A stretch of DNA of 64,000 nt from an uncultured Bacilli bacterium (GTDB lineage Bacteria; Bacillota_I; Bacilli_A; RF39; UBA660). The stretch spans positions 4,524-68,523 of the forward strand of contig CAKOJR010000005.1 of assembly GCA_934090735.1 (NCBI GenBank). Reading direction: 5' to 3'. Both the position numbers and the translations under genes were made by a program. Positions 57,526 through 64,000 of this stretch are shown piece after piece. Each line of letters begins with the position of its first letter. The stretch's first letter is position 1. A model generated the notes under the pieces. It saw only the letters and a program-made list of their open reading frames with translations, was not told the origin of the DNA and ran no database searches.

Positions 57526-59409
57526 TTATTTTGCAATCAACTCACAAATTAAATTAGAAATCTCTGTTGGATTATCAATAGACAAGCCCTCAATTAATCT
57601 AGCTTCACTATAAAGAACTTTAGCATACTTCTTAAGTTCATCTTTATCTTCTTTATATAACTTCTCAAGTTTCTTAACAATATCATGCTTCTCATTGATT
57701 TCTAAAACTAATTTAGCTTTAATATTCTCATCAGTAGGCATAGCATTAATAACCTTCTGCATCTCCACACTGATCTCACCTTCACTAGTTAAACAAACTG
57801 GATGACTATCAAGTTTATTAGTAAATCTTACACTAGTAACTTCATCACCAAGTGCATCCTTTATCTCAGCAAGCATATCTTTATTATCTTCATTTAACTT
57901 CTTATTAGCTTCCTTTTCCTCTTCAGTATCTAAATCTAAAGAACTATCACTAACACTCTTAAATGTCTTGCCATCTTCTTCCCTTAAAACACTAATAACA
58001 AATTCATCTAAATAATTAGTTAAATATAAAATATCAAAGCCTTTTTTCTTAATCTGCTCTACTTGAGGCAAACTATCTATTTTACTAACACTCTCACCAG
58101 AAGCATAATAAATATTTTCCTGACCCTCTTTCATATTCTTAACATACTCATCAAGTGTTATTAAATCACCCTTATCTTTAGAATAAAATACAAGTAAATC
58201 CTTAAGCTTATCCTTATTCATTCCATACATGTTGTAAATACCATATTTAATCTGAGAACCAAAAGCCTCAAAGAATTTCTTATAACTCTCAAAATCATTA
58301 GTAAGCATATCCTTTAGTTCATTATGAATCTTAGTCTCTAACCCCTTAGCTATCGCAAGTACATGCTTATCACTCTGAAGTGTTTCCCTAGAAATATTTA
58401 AAGACAAATCATCAGTATCAACAACACCCTTAACAAAACTATAATACTCAGGAACCAACTCCTCACACTTATCCATAATAAGAACTCCATTAGTATAAAG
58501 TTCTAACCCCCTCTTATACTCTTTATAATAATAATCATAAGGAGCATGACTAGGAATAAATAATAAAGCCTTATAACTAGATAATCCTTCAGCACTAGTA
58601 TGAATAACCCTTAAAGGCTTGTCCATATCACTAAACCTAGAAGAATAAAAATTATTATACTCTTCCTCACTAATATCCTTCTTATCCTTCTTCCATAAAG
58701 GAACCATTGTATTTAACGTAACCATCTCTTTATAAGTCTCATACTCATCCTTAGAGCCTTCCTTTAACCTAGAATTCTCCACTTCCATCATAATTGGATA
58801 TTTTAGATAATCACTATACTTACTAACAATACTTCTAATAGTATACTCCTCTAAATAATTAGAATAATTATCATCCTCTGTATCATCTTTCAAATAAAGA
58901 ATAATAGTAGTACCTGTTTCCTCTTTATCACAAGTCTGAATAGTATACCCATCTGCTCCTTCACTAGTCCACTTATAAGCCTTATCAGCATTATACTTCT
59001 TACTAATAACCTCTATTTTCTTAGCAACCATAAATGCTGAATAAAAACCAACACCAAACTGACCAATTATTGAAGTATCTTTTTGATCTTTATTTTCCTC
59101 TTTAAACTTCAAAGAACCAGACTCTGCTATTGTACCTAAATTATGTTCAAGTTCAGCCTCATCCATACCTATACCATTATCACTAATCTTAAGTATCCTA
59201 GCATCCTTATCTCTTTCAATAACAATCTTTAAATCATCACGATTAACTGAAACACTACTATCAGTTAAAGACGTAAAAACAAGCTTATCAATCGCATCAC
59301 TCGCATTACTTAATAATTCCCTTAAAAATATTTCTTTATTCGTATAAATAGAATTAATCATCAAATCTAATACTCTCTTTGATGAACTTTTAAACTCTTT
59401 TTTCTTCAT
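57526..59409 (-). CDS. htpG: molecular chaperone HtpG (Hsp90)
   Basis: Hsp90 signature KEIFLRELLSNASDAIDK plus GQFGVGFYSAFMVA. 627 aa. Confidence 0.95.
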   Translation of the reverse strand: MKKKEFKSSSKRVLDLMINSIYTNKEIFLRELLSNASDAIDKLVFTSLTDSSVSVNRDDLKIVIERDKDARILKISDNGIGMDEAELEHNLGTIAESGSLKFKEENKDQKDTSIIGQFGVGFYSAFMVAKKIEVISKKYNADKAYKWTSEGADGYTIQTCDKEETGTTIILYLKDDTEDDNYSNYLEEYTIRSIVSKYSDYLKYPIMMEVENSRLKEGSKDEYETYKEMVTLNTMVPLWKKDKKDISEEEYNNFYSSRFSDMDKPLRVIHTSAEGLSSYKALLFIPSHAPYDYYYKEYKRGLELYTNGVLIMDKCEELVPEYYSFVKGVVDTDDLSLNISRETLQSDKHVLAIAKGLETKIHNELKDMLTNDFESYKKFFEAFGSQIKYGIYNMYGMNKDKLKDLLVFYSKDKGDLITLDEYVKNMKEGQENIYYASGESVSKIDSLPQVEQIKKKGFDILYLTNYLDEFVISVLREEDGKTFKSVSDSSLDLDTEEEKEANKKLNEDNKDMLAEIKDALGDEVTSVRFTNKLDSHPVCLTSEGEISVEMQKVINAMPTDENIKAKLVLEINEKHDIVKKLEKLYKEDKDELKKYAKVLYSEARLIEGLSIDNPTEISNLICELIAK

Positions 59410-59410
59410 A

Positions 59411-59881
59411 TTATTCCATCACCTTTCCTACATCAACCCACTTAACTGGATTAGAAAACTTCTCTATTTCATCTATGCTTAATTTAATTGCTGAATTAGA
59501 ACTACCACAAGCCGGATACACATACTCATGTTCCTTTAATGACTCATCCAAATAAACAGACACTTCATCATTAAGCCCAAACGGGCAAACCCCACCAGGA
59601 GCATGACCAGTAAGTGCTTCTGTCTCTTCATAAGAAATCATTCTCGCTTTAACATGAAACGTTTCCTTAAACTTATGATTATCTAACTTCCTATCGCCAG
59701 CCAAAACAATAACCACTGGCTTATCATTTATCATAACTGCTATAGACTTTGCAATCGCTCCATCACTAGTATTAAGTGCATGAGCAGCCTCTTTAACCGA
59801 AGCACTGCTCTCATCAAGAACAATTACCCTATCATCAGCATTATATCTCTTTAAATACTCTTTAACTTTAACTAAAGACAT
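59411..59881 (-). CDS. ybaK: YbaK/EbsC-family aminoacyl-tRNA deacylase
   Basis: 156 aa. Contains HAPGGVCPFG and other YbaK-type patterns. Its stop lies 1 nt before the htpG start. Confidence 0.75.
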   Translation of the reverse strand: MSLVKVKEYLKRYNADDRVIVLDESSASVKEAAHALNTSDGAIAKSIAVMINDKPVVIVLAGDRKLDNHKFKETFHVKARMISYEETEALTGHAPGGVCPFGLNDEVSVYLDESLKEHEYVYPACGSSNSAIKLSIDEIEKFSNPVKWVDVGKVME

Positions 59882-59902
59882 ATCATCACCTTCCTTACAA
59901 TC

Positions 59903-59943
59903 ATTATACTATCATTTTAGCACTTGTCAATATTAAGTGCCAG
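59903..59943 (-). promoter_or_regulatory. sigma-A promoter overlapped by a CIRCE-like inverted repeat (ybaK-htpG)
   Basis: Plus strand TTAGCACTT-N9-AAGTGCCAG at 59917..59943. On the minus strand, TTGACA (59930..59925), a 16-nt spacer and TATAAT (59908..59903). The core is the same as in the hsp20 copy. Confidence 0.65.
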
Positions 59944-59951
59944 TTACAAAC

Positions 59952-59989
59952 TAAAAAACTCGGGTAGCCGTATGCAAGAACTACCCGAG
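59952..59989 (-). terminator. rho-independent terminator of the DGR operon
   Basis: Minus strand CTCGGGTAG-13 nt-CTACCCGAG followed by TTTTTT. The left arm includes the RT stop codon. Confidence 0.7.
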
Positions 59990-61090
59990 AACCCCTTTAA
60001 ATACATTACTTCTAGAAAAGAACCCCTTATAACTAATTAAACTTCTTTCATACATTTCACTATCAAACCTCTTAAGATTACGCAAATACCTTCTTACTCT
60101 CCTATAAGTAAAATTATTTATTCTAATAATTAAACCATTACAATTCTTATAAGTATAACCTAAAAAACTAAATCCTCTATCAAAATCAAGAATTCTACTT
60201 TTATCATTTAACTCTAAATCCAAATTCTCAATCTTAACTTTTACCATGTCGAAAATCTTTTTAAGCCTCTTATAATCAGTATCTAAAAACACCAAATCAT
60301 CCATATATCTTATATAATATTTAACCCGTAAATCTTCTTTAATAAAATGATCAATTCCATTCAAATAATAAATTGCAAGTATCTGGCTTGTCATATTTCC
60401 AATACCAAGCCCCTTACCTTTCTTATACACCGGTAATTTCTTTAACTCATCTATCTTTTTTCTCTTCTCTTCAGATGAAATATTTAACTTCCTAATCGAG
60501 CAAATCTTATTATTTCTAACCTTATTTATTTCTTCATTAACATAACCATCATCGGTACTATCTAAAATAATCTTAATAATTCTTAAAGCATCCTTATCTT
60601 TAATATCTTTCTTAATCATTTCAAATAAAATTTCGTGATTAATATTATAAAAGTACTTTTTAATATCTATCTTCAAAACATAAATTTTTTTATTTTCCAA
60701 ATTTAGTATATTTAAATATTTATAAATCAAATCATCAGCAAGTCCACTACCCATATTCTTCCTTGTCGCAACATTACTATAAATAAGCTTATGCTCAAGT
60801 GCCGGAAGCAAAATATAACTACTAACCGCATGATTAACAATCTTATCACTTATACACTCACTCATTATAAGTCTATACTTAGGCTCACTAATTATAAATA
60901 TATGATAATTTGAAAATTCATAATTTTTCTTACACAAACCTTCTAATATCTTATAAATATATAAACTGTAATACCTATCAAATAACCCAACCGCCCTTTT
61001 ATTTCTACATCTTACCCTAATTTTATAATACTCTTTATATAAATTATCAATACTGCAAATGTCTTTATAAAGATTTCCTTTTCTCTTCAA
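59981..61090 (-). CDS. diversity-generating retroelement reverse transcriptase
   Basis: 369 aa. RT motifs include the DGR-typical LGIGNMTSQ (I/LGxxxSQ) and the YMDD box (IRYMDDLVF). Adjacent TR/VR pair. Confidence 0.9.
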   Translation of the reverse strand: MKRKGNLYKDICSIDNLYKEYYKIRVRCRNKRAVGLFDRYYSLYIYKILEGLCKKNYEFSNYHIFIISEPKYRLIMSECISDKIVNHAVSSYILLPALEHKLIYSNVATRKNMGSGLADDLIYKYLNILNLENKKIYVLKIDIKKYFYNINHEILFEMIKKDIKDKDALRIIKIILDSTDDGYVNEEINKVRNNKICSIRKLNISSEEKRKKIDELKKLPVYKKGKGLGIGNMTSQILAIYYLNGIDHFIKEDLRVKYYIRYMDDLVFLDTDYKRLKKIFDMVKVKIENLDLELNDKSRILDFDRGFSFLGYTYKNCNGLIIRINNFTYRRVRRYLRNLKRFDSEMYERSLISYKGFFSRSNVFKGVLG

Positions 61091-61438
61091 CTATTCCCAT
61101 CCTTTAACCATTAACAGTATTTCAGAAAGCAATCTAATCGCACTACTAAATCTTCTTTTCTCCACAATTCCTAAATCATAAAAATAAGTTAAAAGAAAAT
61201 TTAAAAAACTAATATTACATAAAATATTAACCTGATACTTTTTTCTAACATTACCACTTGTATTATTTGCAAGACTAACATTATCAAACAAACTCTTACA
61301 CTCATTAAAATATAATATTTTTAAATGTTTCTTATTCCTTGGAAAGTTTTCATAAATATATGCATCACTATAAACATAAAGTTTTTTTACACATCCCATT
61401 ATTTTAAAATCATCATTAACACATTCATACTTACTCAT
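61091..61438 (-). CDS. avd: Avd-like accessory variability determinant (four-helix-bundle type)
   Basis: 115 aa, basic and helical. The C-terminal LLSEILLMVKGW resembles Avd ends. Positioned immediately upstream of the RT. Confidence 0.55.
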   Translation of the reverse strand: MSKYECVNDDFKIMGCVKKLYVYSDAYIYENFPRNKKHLKILYFNECKSLFDNVSLANNTSGNVRKKYQVNILCNISFLNFLLTYFYDLGIVEKRRFSSAIRLLSEILLMVKGWE

Positions 61439-61781
61439 TAGAAATTTCTTCCTTTAATTCCTTCAAAAAAACAAAAGCCTCACTAGGTGATAAATCATCT
61501 AAATTTAAACTGCTTATTTTATTAATCAATCCACTAGAGTCAAACTCTTTCACTACTTCTATCTTCTCATTCTGAAATAAAAATAAATACTTTTCTAAAG
61601 ACTTAACCGGAAATCCACATTTAACACTTTCACCGAATCCCGTTAATTTAAAACCATACTTATCACTAAAGTACCTAGCATCATCATCCAAAAAATAATA
61701 AAATACCCCACTTTTAAACAAATAACATTTAGTATCATCCTTATTCTTACACTCATGATATAATCCTAATTGCTTTCCCAT
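61431..61781 (-). CDS. MutS-domain-I-like mini protein (DGR accessory, MSL-type)
   Basis: 116 aa from the ATG at 61781 (GAGGTGG RBS). CYLFKSGVFYYFLDDDARYFSDKYGFKLT...GFPVKSLEKYLFLFQNEKIEV parallels E. coli MutS [29 protein letters not shown]...[21 protein letters not shown]. The C-terminal LNLDDLSPSEAFVFLKELK resembles the MutS C-terminal LDPDSLTPRQALEWIYRLK. Confidence 0.6.
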   Translation of the reverse strand: MGKQLGLYHECKNKDDTKCYLFKSGVFYYFLDDDARYFSDKYGFKLTGFGESVKCGFPVKSLEKYLFLFQNEKIEVVKEFDSSGLINKISSLNLDDLSPSEAFVFLKELKEEISNE

Positions 61782-62036
61782 TATCCACCTCTTTATTCTA
61801 AAAAATAAAGCATGGAATTTCTCCCACACTCTAATTACTAAGTACATCACAACTCACTTTCGAAAGTTAAAACTCCTACTAACAAATCATAACTCCTAGT
61901 AAAATTATTTGTAGATTATTTAAAATAACCTAAAGGAACATGCTTGTTTCTCTATCATGTAGTCTCCCTCCATTATCTATAGACATTGCTACGAGTTCAA
62001 CAATATATTTTCCAAATTAATATTTGTATGAGAAAT

Positions 62037-62151
62037 TGGCAGGCCGCAAACCATTGTTGTTGTTCACGTTGTTGTTGTTCAAGTTGCCCGAGTTCACGTT
62101 CCAAACGTTAGCGTTATCGCCATTGAAATTGTTAGGCGACAAAGACCACCA
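62037..62151 (-). repeat. DGR template repeat (TR)
   Basis: 115 bp that aligns without gaps to 62501..62615. On the minus strand it is rich in AAC codons (NNFNGDNANVWNVNSGNLNNNNVNNNN). Confidence 0.9.
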
Positions 62152-62263
62152 AACACAAGGACCCAAGCACAAAAATGCTTACTCACTACTCAGCATAGTT
62201 CCTACTATAATCTATATCAACAATTATAGCCAAATTAAATGTGATTAACCACTAAATCACTGG

Positions 62264-62311
62264 GCGGCAACCGTCATGCTCCAAGCGGAAAATCCGCATG
62301 CCAGTTGCCGC
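62264..62311 (-). other. GC-rich extended hairpin between target gene and TR
   Basis: GCGGCAAC (62264..62271) pairs with GTTGCCGC (62304..62311). Inner pairings are possible (CATGC/GCATG or GCGGA-aaa-TCCGC). Not followed by a T-run. Confidence 0.5.
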
Positions 62312-62432
62312 TTAACCAACATAATTTAGTCTAAATTTTTTATTTCAACCTCGCCCACAATATGTTCCTCGAAAGGTTTCTCGGAACATTCAAAGATCAA
62401 AGATATCGACCTTTCTAAACATTGCCTTGTTT

Positions 62433-64000
62433 CTATTTTACTACATATGGATTATCACTCGTACCATTACCAGTTACGCTGGTCGAAGATACAAGAGAAA
62501 TGGCAGGCCGCAAACCATTGTTGTAGTTCACGTAGTCGTAGCTCAAGTAGCCCGAGCCCACGCCCCAAACGACAGCGTCATCGCCATTGAAGTCGCTAGG
62601 CGACAAAGACCACCACCATGTAGTTCCTGTATTTTCTTGTAAATATGTAGAACGATTATAAGTATAAGCAATAGAACCGGAGAACGCAATCTCATCTGCT
62701 GTTAACAATCCTATTTTATAAGTTAGATTTCCATTTCCATTTGTTGTATCATCAACAGTAAATTTAGATAACTTTCCACCATTATTGTCATTAGGACATT
62801 TTAATGTTGGTTGCTTAGTAGAAGCCAATCTATTATATGCAGCGTAATCCGTTTCATTTGTCCCATAACCGAGTCCACCACTTACTGTACTCTTATCATT
62901 ACACCATATTGTATCTGCTAATTTATCAGCATATGATGCTAAGTTATTTGTGTACCATGTTTCTAAATTAGTAAGTATTGTACTTTTATTTGTATTTGCA
63001 TGTGTACTTGCATAATCAGATGCTCCAGTTGCTCCATACATAAATCCTATATAAGCATTATCATTATAATTATCATTAAATGTGCTCGTATATGAACTTC
63101 CTGAATATCTTGCAAATGCCGCTGTTGTACTATTATTTGATGCAGCACATGGACTAGATGAACTACTCGTATTATCATTATGAAGCACCAATTTAATAGA
63201 ACCATCACCATTAACTCTTACTATTCGCCAACATTTATTAGCAAACTGTACATAATTGTTTTTTACAGCACCTCTAAAATAATAACTTGTTCCATAATCA
63301 TCTTCTGTACTTGCTAAAAGTGCCTCAGTTGTATTTTTGTTTGAAGTGATTTGTTTATATGTATAACTACTCGATGTAGCACTTACTACATAATACACAC
63401 TACTTAAATTAGTTGTTGTTTTCATAGTTCCTGCTGTACTTGAACCATTACTAGAGGCTGATGAACTAACAAAATATTTACCAACTAAACTTGAATATGA
63501 ATTAGCATATGTATCACTTGTTACTGCTGCTCCTGTTAAATTGAATTTTGTACCATTTGCAGTATATCCAGTACCATATGTAAAATAATATGCTTGATAT
63601 GTTGATGATACACTTGTAGTTTGGCTTTCGACATCATCTTTTGTATGTGCACTTACCTCACTGCCAGGCGTTGTAAGTGGTGTTTTTAGTTCATTATTAT
63701 CCCTTATTGATGCAAGCAGTGTGCCACTTCCAGCACTATACCAACCATCCGGTGCAGGTGCTGCTGTAACAAAGGTCGCATTGCATCTCACATTACCATT
63801 TGTTATCTTTGCAGTTAATTCCCACTCTGTACCATTCCAAACTATGCTTTCTTTAGCATTAACTTTTTTACCATTTCTTGTACATTCTACCGTTGCTGTA
63901 TAACCACTTGTCGTTGGAAAACTTGTACTTTCCTCACCATCAATAAGTGCTGCAACAAATAAATCGTCTTTTGGTCTTGTTCTAACAGTACCTACTACAG
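62433..64000 (-). CDS. DGR target protein, partial (5' end outside the window), S/T/N-rich surface-type protein with C-terminal variable region
   Basis: The frame is open from the window edge; the track start at 63791 is only an internal GTG. The C-terminus WWWSLSPSDFNGDDAVVWGVGSGYLSYDYVNYNNGLRPAISL contains the VR. Confidence 0.8.
   Translation of the reverse strand, partial: VVGTVRTRPKDDLFVAALIDGEESTSFPTTSGYTATVECTRNGKKVNAKESIVWNGTEWELTAKITNGNVRCNATFVTAAPAPDGWYSAGSGTLLASIRDNNELKTPLTTPGSEVSAHTKDDVESQTTSVSSTYQAYYFTYGTGYTANGTKFNLTGAAVTSDTYANSYSSLVGKYFVSSSASSNGSSTAGTMKTTTNLSSVYYVVSATSSSYTYKQITSNKNTTEALLASTEDDYGTSYYFRGAVKNNYVQFANKCWRIVRVNGDGSIKLVLHNDNTSSSSSPCAASNNSTTAAFARYSGSSYTSTFNDNYNDNAYIGFMYGATGASDYASTHANTNKSTILTNLETWYTNNLASYADKLADTIWCNDKSTVSGGLGYGTNETDYAAYNRLASTKQPTLKCPNDNNGGKLSKFTVDDTTNGNGNLTYKIGLLTADEIAFSGSIAYTYNRSTYLQENTGTTWWWSLSPSDFNGDDAVVWGVGSGYLSYDYVNYNNGLRPAISLVSSTSVTGNGTSDNPYVVK
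62501..62615 (-). repeat. DGR variable repeat (VR)
   Basis: 16 mismatches to the TR. 15 lie at positions that are A in the TR (minus strand). 12 TR Asn codons read as S, D, D, V, G, G, Y, S, Y, D, Y and Y in the VR. The 3' 24 nt (the IMH-like GC-rich end, minus-strand GGTTTGCGGCCTGCCA) are identical. Confidence 0.9.

Noticed and set aside
59981-61090. I considered the reverse transcriptase as a retron RT or a group II intron maturase.
   Set aside because: - The IGNxxSQ motif, the adjacent Avd-like gene and the adenine-specific TR/VR pair identify it as a DGR RT.
- No intron RNA domains, X/En domains or msr/msd-like inverted repeats were seen.
62024-62642. The track lists plus-strand ORFs at 62024..62248 and 62427..62642.
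   Set aside because: They are antisense read-throughs of the GC-richer TR and VR repeats, with non-ATG or weak starts and no RBS. The coding strand here is minus.
2437-63903. The track lists many short ORFs (60-118 aa) nested antisense or out of frame within long genes. Examples: 2437..2640, 2732..3070, 4344..4550, 4890..5114, 7108..7350, 7570..7788, 8895..9086, 9329..9556, 9902..10213, 13917..14129, 17684..17881, 17962..18147, 18640..18873, 22603..22836, 24969..25172, 26764..27021, 27650..28006, 38748..38960, 40920..41114, 41460..41654, 45574..45888, 49086..49409, 49902..50207, 52299..52550, 54763..55038 and 63721..63903.
   Set aside because: Each lies inside a longer ORF that has recognisable homology or better coding features. 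They have low-complexity composition and no RBS. They are treated as chance ORFs.
1-64000. I looked for CRISPR arrays, rRNA genes, and IS elements with terminal inverted repeats.
   Set aside because: - No regularly spaced direct repeats with unique spacers were found on reading the intergenic regions.
- No rRNA-like sequence or transposase ORF was found.
- The only repeat families are the TR/VR pair, the island junction repeats, the duplicated promoter units and the two CIRCE modules.

Overview
This is an AT-rich chromosomal segment of a low-GC, wall-bearing Bacillota-like genome; Erysipelotrichales-like is only a guess. Most genes are on the minus strand.

The core backbone includes:
- glmM and a cell-envelope cluster: a YfhO-LtaS fusion protein and an LCP transferase.
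- Sortase B and a polyprenol-kinase pair.
- An AbgT transporter, DUF951, MscS, parB-parA, ftsH, tilS, rpsI-rplM and gltX.
- cadC-cadA, tRNA-Glu(CUC), a NatAB-like ABC pair, hsp20 and ybaK-htpG.

Three accessory regions stand out:
1. **An integrative island of about 18.0 kb (about 12189..30185).** It carries a large serine recombinase and sits inside an Amidase_3/4xLysM cell-wall hydrolase gene. The two gene halves can be rejoined in frame across a near-identical 10-bp junction core. The cargo is almost entirely defence-like:
   - a 1583-aa NLR/STAND-like NTPase;
   - a type III R-M system, preceded by an orphan 341-aa ORF;
   - a translationally coupled cassette of a TPR/cold-shock-domain protein, an RnlA-like HEPN toxin and an RnlB-like antitoxin;
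   - a metallophosphoesterase.
2. **A complete diversity-generating retroelement (59981..64000).** The gene order is target gene with a C-terminal VR, then TR, a MutS-domain-I-like mini-protein, Avd and RT. 15 of the 16 TR/VR mismatches fall at template adenines.
3. **An orphan phage-type lysis cassette (1459..2648)** next to glmM.

Other observations:
- Identical CIRCE-like operator/promoter modules sit in front of hsp20 and ybaK-htpG.
- A three-gene operon (50751..54420) has no recognisable domains.
- A 138-aa protein has 19 cysteines.

No CRISPR array or rRNA gene was seen.
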